Notes: generated by a model from the sequence alone, not told the origin. A stretch of 64,000 bases of DNA from an uncultured Candidatus Saccharibacteria bacterium (GCA_964611205.1 CAZSZB010000004.1:12121-76120), one strand, 5' to 3'; counted from the stretch's first letter, positions 10,946 through 20,873 are shown. A program made the numbers and translations.

Positions 10946-12643
10946 ATGACTAACTACCGTCTTCTAAAAACACTTAGCGATAAAGAAAAAATTGAACTGT
11001 CTGATTATTCCTCACTTCAACAACAGCTTTTAATAAACCGTGACATAAAAACTGCGACGGAGGCGGAAAGGTTCCTAAATCCTTCCTTTGCGGAGGAATT
11101 AAACGATCCTTGGCTCATGCCTGATATGAAAAAGGCAGTTAAAAGAATACTTAAAGCTATAAAAGACGACGAGAAAGTCACTATTTTTAGTGATTATGAC
11201 TGTGATGGTATACCGGGAGCAGTTATTCTTCATGATTTCTTTAAGGCAGTTGGGTTTCATAATTTTGTAAATTATATTCCCCATCGGCATTATGAAGGAT
11301 TTGGTTTTAGCCAAGAAGCTGCGGAGAAGATTTCTACTGATCAGTCAACTTTGGTTATAACTATTGATTGCGGTACTACCAGTGTGGAAGCAGTAGAGAA
11401 AGCTAATGAGTTAGGTCTTGATGTAATCATTACTGATCATCATGAAGCCGGGTCACAATTACCACCAGCAGTCGCAATTGTTAATCCTAAAATAGGAGAT
11501 TCATATCCTTTCCCTTATCTGTGTGGCGCCGGTGTAGTGTACAAACTTGTGCAAGCTTTACTTGAAGAGGGTGATTTCGAACTCAAAACCGGATGGGAGA
11601 AATGGTGGTTAGATATGGTCGGTCTGGCAACAGTGGCAGATATGGTTCCACTGACTGGTGAGAATCGAGTTTTGGCTAAATATGGTTTGGATGTTTTGCG
11701 TAAATCTAGACGACCCGGTCTACAGCAGTTGCTACGGAAGCAAAGGGTAGACCAAAGGACTTTGACCGAAGAAGATATTGGTTTCACTATTGGTCCTCGT
11801 ATAAACGCTGCTTCTCGTATGGATACGCCCGAAGATGCGTTTCATATGCTAGCTACTACAGATGAGGGTGAAGCTGGAGCTAGAGTGGATCATCTAGAAT
11901 CTTTAAATACTAAGCGTAAGACCACGGTTGCTTTGATGACTAAAGAAATACATAAGCGGATGAAAGAGTTGATAGAAGTGCCAGCAGTCATAGTGTTAGG
12001 AAACCCGAACTGGCGTCCGTCCTTGGTTGGTCTGTCGGCTGGTAAATTAGCCGATGAGTTTGGTAAACCAGCCTTTATCTGGGGGCGTGACGGTAATGGC
12101 ATAATAAAAGGCTCATGTCGTTCTGGTGGTCAAATTAGCGTCGTTAAGCTGATGGAGGAGGTGAGTGGTTCTTTAATCGAACATGGTGGCCATCATTTTT
12201 CTGGTGGTTTTAGTGTTTTAGAAAGTGAGATACATACTTTGCCAATGATATTGAACAAGGCTTACGAAAAATTGGGAGAGGAATCTTTAGTTTCAGAAGA
12301 GTTAGCCGTGGATACGGTAGTGAGATTAGAGGATATAGACAACCAGTTTATAAATGACCAAAAATCACTAGCTCCTTTTGGAGTGGATAATCCCAAACCA
12401 GTTTATTTGATTGAAAATATCACGGCCGTTAGCGTAGATCTTTTTGGTAAAACTAAAGAACATACCAAATTAGTTTTTAATACTACAGGCTTGGTCAGAG
12501 AAGCCATTGCCTTTTTTCGCTCATTTGATACTTTTACAAAAACTCCAGAAATAGGAAAGAGTGTTTCACTGCTGTGCCATTTAGAACAATCCTATTTTAT
12601 GGGTCGCTTACAAACCCGTCTTCGCATAATAGATATAATCTAA
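10946..12643 (+). CDS. recJ: ssDNA-specific exonuclease RecJ
   Basis: DYDCDG, TIDCG, TDHH, ATVADMVPL, GPRINAASR, GSCRS, GGH. Confidence 0.95.
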   Translation: MTNYRLLKTLSDKEKIELSDYSSLQQQLLINRDIKTATEAERFLNPSFAEELNDPWLMPDMKKAVKRILKAIKDDEKVTIFSDYDCDGIPGAVILHDFFKAVGFHNFVNYIPHRHYEGFGFSQEAAEKISTDQSTLVITIDCGTTSVEAVEKANELGLDVIITDHHEAGSQLPPAVAIVNPKIGDSYPFPYLCGAGVVYKLVQALLEEGDFELKTGWEKWWLDMVGLATVADMVPLTGENRVLAKYGLDVLRKSRRPGLQQLLRKQRVDQRTLTEEDIGFTIGPRINAASRMDTPEDAFHMLATTDEGEAGARVDHLESLNTKRKTTVALMTKEIHKRMKELIEVPAVIVLGNPNWRPSLVGLSAGKLADEFGKPAFIWGRDGNGIIKGSCRSGGQISVVKLMEEVSGSLIEHGGHHFSGGFSVLESEIHTLPMILNKAYEKLGEESLVSEELAVDTVVRLEDIDNQFINDQKSLAPFGVDNPKPVYLIENITAVSVDLFGKTKEHTKLVFNTTGLVREAIAFFRSFDTFTKTPEIGKSVSLLCHLEQSYFMGRLQTRLRIIDII

Positions 12644-12731
12644 ATCATAAAAGAGGTGGTTATGAATATGTTATCAATGACTATATAAGTGTTTGTTTGG
12701 AAGACAAAAATAGTGTTATAGTTAGCGGAAT

Positions 12732-13151
12732 ATGGAAAAAATAATTGTCTACACGGATGGTGGAGCGCGTGGTAATCCAGGGCCAGCAGCAATTGGGGTT
12801 CATATTGTTGATGATTCTGGTCAGGTTGTGAAAGAAGCAAAAGAAACAATTGGAAATAGTACAAATAATTTTGCCGAGTATTATGGTGTGTTGCGTGGCT
12901 TACAATTGCTAAAAGAGTTATACGGAAAAAAGACCAAAGACATGGAAATTGAATTGAGAATGGATTCGGAATTGGTAAAAAAACAACTAAATGGAGAGTA
13001 CCAAATAAAAGAACCTGGCCTGGTACCGATGTTTATGGAAATTCATAACCTGCGAGTAGCGAACTTTTCGAATCTTACCCTAACTCACATAAAAAGATCG
13101 TTAAATAAAGAAGCAGATCGCTTGGTCAATGAAGCGCTTGATGGTAAGTAG
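12732..13151 (+). CDS. rnhA: Ribonuclease HI family protein
   Basis: YTDGGARGNPGPA, TNNFAEY, DSELV, NKEADRLVN. Confidence 0.9.
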   Translation: MEKIIVYTDGGARGNPGPAAIGVHIVDDSGQVVKEAKETIGNSTNNFAEYYGVLRGLQLLKELYGKKTKDMEIELRMDSELVKKQLNGEYQIKEPGLVPMFMEIHNLRVANFSNLTLTHIKRSLNKEADRLVNEALDGK

Positions 13152-13215
13152 AGAAATTTGAATATTTATTTAGTCACCATAAGCGAGGGTTTCTTGATAA
13201 GCTGCATAACTGCAT

Positions 13216-13244
13216 TTGACAGAGTGATAGCTAGTTTGTATCTT
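13216..13244 (+). promoter_or_regulatory. Sigma70-type promoter of an orphan ~300-nt transcript
   Basis: TTGACA (13216-21), 17-nt spacer, TATCTT (13239-44). Confidence 0.55.
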
Positions 13245-13505
13245 GGGTGCAGAGGTTATCATCAACTGGGGGATGATAATCGGCTTGTATGTTTAGACCC
13301 CAGGGAAAGGCTTCGACATGTCTAGATATCATGTTGTCACCGACACCCGTCTTCACCATGATGACAATGGAGGAGGTCACCTGGATCTACCGCACTGCTT
13401 CGAGCGCTGGAAAAGCTAGCCCCTAGCGGCTGTCCGTACGGCCATCGCAGGTCAGGATAAGAGCCAACTGGGGCCGCTTTCTAAAAGCACCAACCAGATT
13501 AAACT

Positions 13506-13548
13506 GGCCCTCTCCTACATTCTGCAGGAGAGGGCCTCAATTTTTTTT
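13506..13548 (+). terminator. Intrinsic terminator
   Basis: ggccctctcct...aggagagggcc followed by a T8 run. Confidence 0.7.
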
Positions 13549-13572
13549 GATACACTCTATTTATATTTAAGT

Positions 13573-15183
13573 ATGAGTGGTTTTTCTTTTTATGCAGGAA
13601 TATTTGGTTTTTGTTTAGGAATTCTCGGTCATGAATTTTTAGGTTTTGATTTACTGATAAGTGTTTGGACACTACTTCTGGCACTAGCGGTGGCTTTAGT
13701 GTGGCGTAAAAATCGTTTATCGATTTTTACGCCATTTATTTTGGCTCTCTGTATTTTGTTCCTATTTTTGTCTTTTGGTATTGTGCGTACTGAGTTTGCC
13801 GATTGGTATGGAGTGAGTAATTTTCCAGACAGTGAGGTCAATCAGGAGGTTTCCTTAACAGGAGTTATCGTGCGGGAGGTAGATAGGCGGGAAAAAACAC
13901 AGCACTTATATATTAGTGATGGAGCAGAAAAGTTTTTAGTGATAACAGATAGATTTTCTGATTTTTCTTATGGTGATGAGGTCGTTGTCAAAGGTATTTT
14001 AAAACAACCAGAAGCATTTGCGACCGATTTGGGTAGGACTTTTAATTATCCTGGTTATTTGAAAACTCAAGGCGTAAATTTGATGTTTATTTATCCTGAA
14101 GTTGATAAATTATCGACTGGTAATGGAAATTATGTTTTAGCTACACTACTCAGTTTCAAACAAGCTTTTATGTCCAAGATAGAAAGTCTGATTGCTGAAC
14201 CAGCGGTTGGTTTGGGCGAGGGTTTGTTGTTGGGGGTGAAGCGAGCTTTGGGTGACGAACTGGAGTTAATATTTAGGCGAACTGGCATTATTCATATTGT
14301 AGTACTTTCTGGCTATAACGTTTCTTTGGTCATTCTTTTTGTGATGTATATCTTAGCTTACATACTACCGTATAGAGCTAGATTACTAGTAGGGATGCTC
14401 GCCATTGTAGCCTTTTGTCTTTTAGTAGGACTCTCGGCGACCGTTTTACGGGCTGGTTTAATGGCCTCGCTGATATTGTTGGCCAGATTCACTGGCCGCA
14501 CAAACTCTGTGATGAGAGGATTAATGTTAGCCGGATTTTTAATGTTACTTATTAACCCTTATTCGTTAGCTTATGACGTTGGTTTCCAATTGTCTTTTTT
14601 GGCCACTATGGCTCTAATTTTGTTAGCTAAAAAAATTGAGTCAATTTGTGGTTTTATGCCTGAAACTCTTAAGTTGCGAGAATTCTTTGTTGCTACTTTA
14701 ACTACTCAACTTTTTGTATTGCCATTACTTTTATACCAAATCGGGGAATTCTCACTGGTTTCGTTAATAGTTAATGTTTTGGTTTTGCCGATGGTGGCAC
14801 CAGCTATGCTACTAACTTTTTTAACCGGAATGATTGGTTTTGTTTCGCTATCTTTAGCCTGGCCTTTTGCTTGGTTAGCTCAATTATCCCTTGAATATAT
14901 CTTGGCGGTGGCTCGTTTCTTTGGCGGTCTGTCTTTTGCTGCTTATACAGTACCAACTTTTCCATTTTGGTTGGTAATGTTGTTTTATTCTTTATTAGCT
15001 TACGTTGTTTGGCAGCTGCTTCGAGAAAGTGCAGAACTAGACTCTGTGAAAAAGGGTGAGCCACCAATCAGACCTGATGTTAATCATTGGGAAATAGAAG
15101 ATGAGATAAGTTTGTTAAAAAAACTTAAGGAAAAAGAAATGTCACCAAATGATAATAAAGAACTACCAATATTCTTTCGCTAA
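13573..15183 (+). CDS. comEC: ComEC/Rec2 DNA uptake channel (membrane and OB-like part, no MBL domain)
   Basis: TGIIHIVVLSGYNV, SATVLRA, NPYSLAYDVGFQLSFLA, multiple TMs. Confidence 0.92.
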   Translation: MSGFSFYAGIFGFCLGILGHEFLGFDLLISVWTLLLALAVALVWRKNRLSIFTPFILALCILFLFLSFGIVRTEFADWYGVSNFPDSEVNQEVSLTGVIVREVDRREKTQHLYISDGAEKFLVITDRFSDFSYGDEVVVKGILKQPEAFATDLGRTFNYPGYLKTQGVNLMFIYPEVDKLSTGNGNYVLATLLSFKQAFMSKIESLIAEPAVGLGEGLLLGVKRALGDELELIFRRTGIIHIVVLSGYNVSLVILFVMYILAYILPYRARLLVGMLAIVAFCLLVGLSATVLRAGLMASLILLARFTGRTNSVMRGLMLAGFLMLLINPYSLAYDVGFQLSFLATMALILLAKKIESICGFMPETLKLREFFVATLTTQLFVLPLLLYQIGEFSLVSLIVNVLVLPMVAPAMLLTFLTGMIGFVSLSLAWPFAWLAQLSLEYILAVARFFGGLSFAAYTVPTFPFWLVMLFYSLLAYVVWQLLRESAELDSVKKGEPPIRPDVNHWEIEDEISLLKKLKEKEMSPNDNKELPIFFR

Positions 15184-15212
15184 GTAGTTTTTTGTGGTTA
15201 TAATATGTGTAT

Positions 15213-15821
15213 ATGGAAAAAATTAGTATATTTAGGTCTTTAAAAGCTGGTTGGTCACATTTTGTGTTGCGACCATGGTACCTCTTCGGACTTACTATGG
15301 CAGTCATTATCATTATGATGTTTGTTACTGGTAACGCTATGATGACAGCTCTGACCAGTATCATTTATGGAGGTTATTTAATTTTATTATTTAAACATTC
15401 AGCTGGAGAGAAAGTAGAATTCGATGATCTTTTTACTATCGACAGACGTTGGATATCTCTGGCAGCAGTTTTGATTCTTAAAACACTACTTGTAGGACTA
15501 GGCTTCCTCCTCTTTATTTTGCCAGGTATCTACTTAGCTATCAGATGGATGTTTGCTGAGTATTTAGTTATTGATCAAAATATGACTCCTGTACAAGCCT
15601 TGCGCGCTAGTAGTGAACTAACTAAAGGTTACTGGTGGAAGTTGTTTGGATTTTCTTTAGTATCCGTATTGTTAGTTTTCTTAGGAACTCTAGTGTTCCT
15701 CGTTGGTTTATTTGTGGTTATTTTGGTAGTGACATTAGCCACCATTCATCTTTACCACCAATTACGAGCAATCAAAGAGACACGGACTGAATCTCTAGAA
15801 TTGTCGAATGAATCGGAATAG
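15213..15821 (+). CDS. Integral membrane protein (DUF975-like)
   Basis: 4-5 TMs; FILPGIYLAIRW...ALRASSELTKGYWW pattern. Confidence 0.65.
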   Translation: MEKISIFRSLKAGWSHFVLRPWYLFGLTMAVIIIMMFVTGNAMMTALTSIIYGGYLILLFKHSAGEKVEFDDLFTIDRRWISLAAVLILKTLLVGLGFLLFILPGIYLAIRWMFAEYLVIDQNMTPVQALRASSELTKGYWWKLFGFSLVSVLLVFLGTLVFLVGLFVVILVVTLATIHLYHQLRAIKETRTESLELSNESE

Positions 15822-15828
15822 TCGATGA

Positions 15829-15870
15829 TAAAAATAAAACCGCTCTTCTTGAAGAGCGGTTTTATTTTTA
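15829..15870. terminator. Bidirectional terminator between convergent genes
   Basis: aaaataaaaccgctcttc-tt-gaagagcggttttatttt. Confidence 0.75.
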
Positions 15871-15877
15871 TTTTTTG

Positions 15878-16435
15878 TTAAACCCTTTCTGCTACTACTG
15901 CCCAGTTTAGGTTTCGGAAAAAAGCGTCGATATATTTGGCTTTCTCACTGGGTGGATAATCAAGCATATAAGAATGTTCCCACATATCTAAAGCCAGTAC
16001 GATATCGGCGTCAGGTAGTTGTCCTAATTGTTGTTCATCTACCCAAGTGGTTATTAGGTGATCTGTGGATCGGTCTACATAACACATCGCCCAACCGACT
16101 CCACGAGTGGAAGCAATGCCCTTGAACATTGTGACAAAATTATCTAAAGAACCATATTCTTTGTCGATCAAATTTTTGAAATCACCTTCTGGACATTCAG
16201 TGGCACCGCCTTCAAATTGTGAAAAATAGTATTCATGATTTTTCATACCACCAAATTCAAAGCCTAGTCGTCTCTGCATTTCTGATCGAGCATAGGGGTC
16301 GTTGATGCTGTCTAAGGTTTCTCGAATATGGTTAACATTTTTTACATAACCTTGGTATAGTCCCAAATGTTCATCGATGGTTTGTTTGGAAATGCCATCT
16401 AGTTCTCCAATGGCAAAAGTTTTAGGTATATACAT
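15878..16435 (-). CDS. sod: Fe/Mn superoxide dismutase family protein
   Basis: EHLGLYQGYV, NHEYYF, GVGWA, DMWEHSY, FFRNLNW. Confidence 0.9.
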   Translation of the reverse strand: MYIPKTFAIGELDGISKQTIDEHLGLYQGYVKNVNHIRETLDSINDPYARSEMQRRLGFEFGGMKNHEYYFSQFEGGATECPEGDFKNLIDKEYGSLDNFVTMFKGIASTRGVGWAMCYVDRSTDHLITTWVDEQQLGQLPDADIVLALDMWEHSYMLDYPPSEKAKYIDAFFRNLNWAVVAERV

Positions 16436-16479
16436 GGATAAGTTAATTTATTGTTATAGACCGATTGTATCATAAGTAG

Positions 16480-17343
16480 ATGTTTACTCAGTGGGAGAAA
16501 AAACGTTTTTTGAGTTTAATTTTATTAGGATTGTCTGCAATCTTAATTTGGTATTTACCCACTTCTGGTATTCAAAATGATTCGCCATATCTACAAGTTC
16601 ATTTTTTAGATGTGGGACAGGGCGATGCAATCTTTATAGAAACTCCAGATAATGTTCAAGTATTAGTGGATGGTGGACCAAATCAAAGGGTGCTCCAAGA
16701 GTTATCTGGAAAAATGAACTTTTCAGATTTTGGTTTAGATATGGTGATAGGAACCCACCCAGACAGTGATCATATCGGTGGATTAGTAGGCGTACTGGAG
16801 AGATACCAGGTCGATACTTTATTGGTGACAGACAATAAGGGAGATAGTCAGACTGCTGCTCTTTATAACAAATTAATTGCCGCTGAAGGAGCTGCAATAA
16901 TCTACGCGCGTCGAGGTCAAGTTTTTAGTTTAGGTGCTTCTACCACCTTGGAAGTACTGTGGCCAGAAACTGATACTACTGATATGGAGAGTAATGCTTC
17001 CTCCATCGTTTTGCGTATTATTTACGGCAAGACCAGCTTTCTTTTAACTGGTGATGCTCCTAAAAGAATAGAAGAATATCTGGTGTTAGCTGAGGGTGAG
17101 AGTTTGCAAAGTGATGTGTTAAAAATAGGACATCATGGTTCGCGTACCTCGACTGCACAAATGTTTCTAGAAGAAGTGCAACCAGAATACGCGGTCATTT
17201 CAGCTGGAGAGAATAATCGCTATGGTCACCCCCATGTAGAAGTTACTGATATGCTTTTTAATTCTAGAGTGAAAACTCTCAACACGGCCGAAGAGGGAAC
17301 TATTACATTTTTAAGTGACGGAGAAAAGGTGTGGGTAGAGTAA
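16480..17343 (+). CDS. Stand-alone ComEC-type metallo-beta-lactamase domain protein
   Basis: FLDVGQGDA, THPDSDHIGG, LTGDA, KIGHHGSRTS, ISAGENNRYGHP; N-terminal TM. Confidence 0.9.
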   Translation: MFTQWEKKRFLSLILLGLSAILIWYLPTSGIQNDSPYLQVHFLDVGQGDAIFIETPDNVQVLVDGGPNQRVLQELSGKMNFSDFGLDMVIGTHPDSDHIGGLVGVLERYQVDTLLVTDNKGDSQTAALYNKLIAAEGAAIIYARRGQVFSLGASTTLEVLWPETDTTDMESNASSIVLRIIYGKTSFLLTGDAPKRIEEYLVLAEGESLQSDVLKIGHHGSRTSTAQMFLEEVQPEYAVISAGENNRYGHPHVEVTDMLFNSRVKTLNTAEEGTITFLSDGEKVWVE

Positions 17344-17391
17344 GAAAAAAAAGCACACTAATCAGTGTGCTTTTTCTCTACTTATTTTAGT

Positions 17392-17634
17392 TTATATAAG
17401 TCGAGCAGCTTTCAAAGTTTTGTAAGCTCCGTTCTTAGCTATGGTACGTAGACCTTTGGTCGAAACATTAACTGTAACTTTTTGGTCAATCTCTGGTACA
17501 TAGATTCGTTTTTTTTGCAGGTTTGGTTGACGTGAAACTTTTCCGCAAGGGTTAAACTGCGTTGCCCGAGTTCGGTTACTGTAACGCCCTCCAATTTGAG
17601 TTTTTTTACCTGTGATTTCGCATTGCTTTGCCAT
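17392..17634 (-). CDS. rpmB: 50S ribosomal protein L28
   Basis: MAKQCEITGK...PNLQKKRIYVPE...VSTKGLRTI. Confidence 0.93.
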   Translation of the reverse strand: MAKQCEITGKKTQIGGRYSNRTRATQFNPCGKVSRQPNLQKKRIYVPEIDQKVTVNVSTKGLRTIAKNGAYKTLKAARLI

Positions 17635-17748
17635 ATTTGCTGTATTTAGTGGGGGTATCGTACCATAACGTAATAAAATCGCAAGGGTAATTGAATCAAT
17701 GAATATACAGATGTTGGTTGAGAATTATCATGTTATGCTAATGCCCAT

Positions 17749-18378
17749 ATGGAACAAATAGTTATTCTTGTGGCGCTAATATTATCAATCGTTATTCACG
17801 AAGTGGCTCATGGCCATGCTGCTAATTGGTTGGGCGATCCTACCGCTCGCTTACAGGGTCGTTTGTCAGCTAACCCTTTAGTACACATCGATCCTCTTGG
17901 TTCGATTATCATTCCAGCCCTACTGTTTTTTGGAAACGCTGGTATTTTGTTTGGTTGGGCTAAACCAGTACCATATAATCCGTATAATCTGCGTAATCAA
18001 AAATGGGGTGAAGCGATTGTAGCCGCCGCCGGTCCAGCGGTGAACATACTTTTGGCTGTTATATTTTCTATTTTAATTCGTTTGACCCCAGTCTTGGGTC
18101 TAGATCAGGTGATGATAAGTCTTTTTTATTACATTGTTTTCATCAATGTAGTTTTAGCATTATTTAATATGATTCCGATTCCACCACTGGATGGTTCAAA
18201 AATATTGCTAGCCATATTACCGCCTTCAGCACAGATTGGTTATCGAAATTTTATTTCTCTTATGGAAAGATGGGGTCTATTTGGTATGTTCGCCTTCATC
18301 TTCTTATTTATGACGATTTTTGCAGATTCTTTCTTCAGGTATATAGAATCTCTAGTATTGTTATTGACCGGACTCTAG
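17749..18378 (+). CDS. Site-2 protease family (M50) membrane metalloprotease
   Basis: HEVAH, AGPAVN, FNMIPIPPLDGSK. Confidence 0.92.
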   Translation: MEQIVILVALILSIVIHEVAHGHAANWLGDPTARLQGRLSANPLVHIDPLGSIIIPALLFFGNAGILFGWAKPVPYNPYNLRNQKWGEAIVAAAGPAVNILLAVIFSILIRLTPVLGLDQVMISLFYYIVFINVVLALFNMIPIPPLDGSKILLAILPPSAQIGYRNFISLMERWGLFGMFAFIFLFMTIFADSFFRYIESLVLLLTGL

Positions 18379-18402
18379 TTATTCTGTAAAATAATTCCAG
18401 TA

Positions 18403-18515
18403 GTTGTCCTGGAGATGATGTCCACCCCTCTGCGAGGAGAGATGATTCTCCAGGATGTGGACCCGCACATCTCTCCTCGCAACAACCCTTTCGCGAACTT
18501 TTAGTTCGCGTTTTT
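18403..18515 (+). ncRNA. Candidate structured RNA with three crossed helices plus terminator (unknown family)
   Basis: Perfect complementary pairs 18407-15/18447-55, 18420-25/18457-62 and 18431-44/18468-81; terminator-like cgcgaact-ttt-agttcgcg-ttttt follows. Confidence 0.45.
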
Positions 18516-18594
18516 AATTTTCTTAATTTATTTGTTTGAGAATAAATATCTGCTTGCACAAATACTGAAATATAGTATTGTAGGCGAGCTAATT

Positions 18595-19008
18595 ATGGCA
18601 ACAATCAATCAATTAACACGCAAAGCTCGTAAAGATAAGCCTTTCAAATCGAAGGTGGCTGCTTTGCAGTCTGGCTTTAACTCTATTAAGAATAAGTCAA
18701 ATACATACAACTCACCATTTAAACGAGGAGTATGTACTCGTGTGACTACCAAGACTCCGCGTAAGCCGAACTCTGCGATTCGAAAAATCGCTCGTGTTCG
18801 TCTAAGTAACGGTCAAGAAATTACCGCTTACATCCCGGGTATTGGTCACACACTGCAAGAGCACTCAGTTGTTCTAGTACGAGGTGGACGCGTCAAAGAC
18901 ATCGGTGTGAACTACACTGTAGTACGAGGTAAATACGATGCTACCGGCGTCGATGCTCGTCGACAGGGCCGTTCACGATATGGTGCAAAAATGCCGAAAG
19001 GCGAGTAG
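18595..19008 (+). CDS. rpsL: 30S ribosomal protein S12
   Basis: [38 protein letters not shown]; ATG at 18595. Confidence 0.98.
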   Translation: MATINQLTRKARKDKPFKSKVAALQSGFNSIKNKSNTYNSPFKRGVCTRVTTKTPRKPNSAIRKIARVRLSNGQEITAYIPGIGHTLQEHSVVLVRGGRVKDIGVNYTVVRGKYDATGVDARRQGRSRYGAKMPKGE

Positions 19009-19161
19009 AGTTAAGCGGAACTCTAAAACAAATTAATAGTTTATATTCGCTACAGATTATAGGAAGCGATTCAACCTCTCGGGGTAAGGAATCAAATTAT
19101 GCGAAGAATGAAAGAATGATTTTGTCATACTCTCATTTCTCGCTCATAACTAAAAAAAGTC

Positions 19162-19635
19162 ATGAGACGACCAATTAAAAAAAGACCAGTAGTTAAACCA
19201 GACGTTAGATACGAATCTGTGGAAGTTGAACGTTTAATCAACTACATTATGTTGCGTGGACAAAAAGAAACTGCTCGTAAGATAGTGTATGCGGCGTTTG
19301 AAGAAATAAAAAATGCTAAAGAAGGCGGTGGAGATCCAGTAGAGATTTTTAATGCAGCTGTTAGAAATGCTGGGCCACAAATGGAAGTTCGTTCACGTCG
19401 AGTAGGTGGTGCAAACTACCAAGTACCACGTGAGGTACGTCCTGAGCGCCGGCTATCATTAGCTCTTCGTTGGTTAATAGCTTCTGCTCGTAAGCAGAAA
19501 GGTCAACCAATGTTTAAAGCTTTAGCTAACGAATTGATGCTAGCAGCCCGTGAAGAAGGGGATGCTGTAAAGAAGAAGGAAGATACTCATAAGATGGCTG
19601 AGGCTAACAGGGCGTTTGCGCACTTTGCCTGGTAG
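19162..19635 (+). CDS. rpsG: 30S ribosomal protein S7
   Basis: EVRSRRVGGANYQVP, HKMAEANRAFAHFAW. Confidence 0.98.
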   Translation: MRRPIKKRPVVKPDVRYESVEVERLINYIMLRGQKETARKIVYAAFEEIKNAKEGGGDPVEIFNAAVRNAGPQMEVRSRRVGGANYQVPREVRPERRLSLALRWLIASARKQKGQPMFKALANELMLAAREEGDAVKKKEDTHKMAEANRAFAHFAW

Positions 19636-19818
19636 AAACAGGAAAATTCAGCGACTAACTTTGTCACACTACGAAAAAAGACCCTCCCTGGACTCTTGTC
19701 CCAGTCGGGTCTTTTTTCTTGTGCTCCGCGTTAATCATCTGAATTATCCAGTTTCTTGAGGGGTACTTGATCTCTTTTGAATAAATACTTTATATTTTGT
19801 CTTGCTTTCAAATTTAGA

Positions 19819-19853
19819 ACAACAAGTTCGAGACCAGGTCTCGAACTTGTTGT
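19819..19853. terminator. Perfect palindrome, bidirectional terminator
   Basis: acaacaagttcgagacc-a-ggtctcgaacttgttgt. Confidence 0.7.
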
Positions 19854-20828
19854 TTAATAGGGGCGAGAGCCGAGTCGCTTGGCAATCCTGTAAAGTATGA
19901 AGAGTATTCCCAACAGAAAGACAATTTCTGTTATCACAGGAAAACCTAGAATAAAAGATAGGGCGGCCAACACCACAGTAAATAGAATAGAGAAAACATT
20001 ACCAAAAAAGGTTAAAAAATCGCCGAAAAACCCAGGGGGTTTTTCGGCACTTAATGACCGGTCTTTTTTGCTTATTCTTTCAACGTAACCAAAGCCGTCT
20101 TCATTTACCTCAATTATTCCATTCTCTCTATCTAACCTAGCTTGCCTTTGTTCCCGATAATCATCTAAATTTTCTTTTAGGTCATTTATATTATTAGTCA
20201 TTACTCCTAGTACCTGCCCAATCGGTTTATAGTTAGTAAATTGTTCTAGTCCAGGTTCGGTCTTGTTATTATCGTCGGTAGTATTCGTATCACTTATTAT
20301 TGGTGAGTCGTAGATTAGTGGGTTAGTACCAGCTTCTATTTCTTCTTTGTCACTTATACCGTCTCCGTCATCATCAGTGTCAGTCTGGTCACCGATCCCG
20401 TCTTGGTCAGTGTCTTTGTCTACAAATATTGTATCTTCAGCTAAGTTTAAGTTGGTAATAATATCGGTCCCCCTAGAGTTCGAAGTCGCCTTGAAGTGAG
20501 ATAATACAACTTTAATTGTTGAAGTTCCATAACTAGGCTGCCAATCTATCCAGCTATCAATAACTTGATCCGCCGCGGCTGTTATTGGATTTTTGCCAAT
20601 AGAATTATCATTAACAAAAAATTCTACAGTGCCGGTGAAGTCTGTTTTGGTATTGTTACGGACAGCAACATAAATTCTTGTTGGTACATCAGCCAGAATA
20701 TTTTCGGTATCGTACCAAAGACCATTAACTATTCCGACGTTAGAAGCTAATGCCAGGTTTGGAAATAGAAACACCAGAATACCTAGTGTATTTATTAACC
20801 ATCTCATTTTTTCATTATAACCTATCAA
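19854..20828 (-). CDS. Secreted, C-terminally membrane-anchored protein with Ig-like domain and Ca-binding (TSP3-like) DxDxDG repeats
   Basis: Signal peptide (MRWLINT...ALA), DTDQDGIGDQTDTDDDGDGISDKEEIEAGTNP, two C-terminal TMs. Confidence 0.7.
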   Translation of the reverse strand: MIGYNEKMRWLINTLGILVFLFPNLALASNVGIVNGLWYDTENILADVPTRIYVAVRNNTKTDFTGTVEFFVNDNSIGKNPITAAADQVIDSWIDWQPSYGTSTIKVVLSHFKATSNSRGTDIITNLNLAEDTIFVDKDTDQDGIGDQTDTDDDGDGISDKEEIEAGTNPLIYDSPIISDTNTTDDNNKTEPGLEQFTNYKPIGQVLGVMTNNINDLKENLDDYREQRQARLDRENGIIEVNEDGFGYVERISKKDRSLSAEKPPGFFGDFLTFFGNVFSILFTVVLAALSFILGFPVITEIVFLLGILFILYRIAKRLGSRPY

Positions 20829-20873
20829 TATAAAAGGTCAGCTTGAAAGTCAGAAATATTTCAAGTTTTACTA

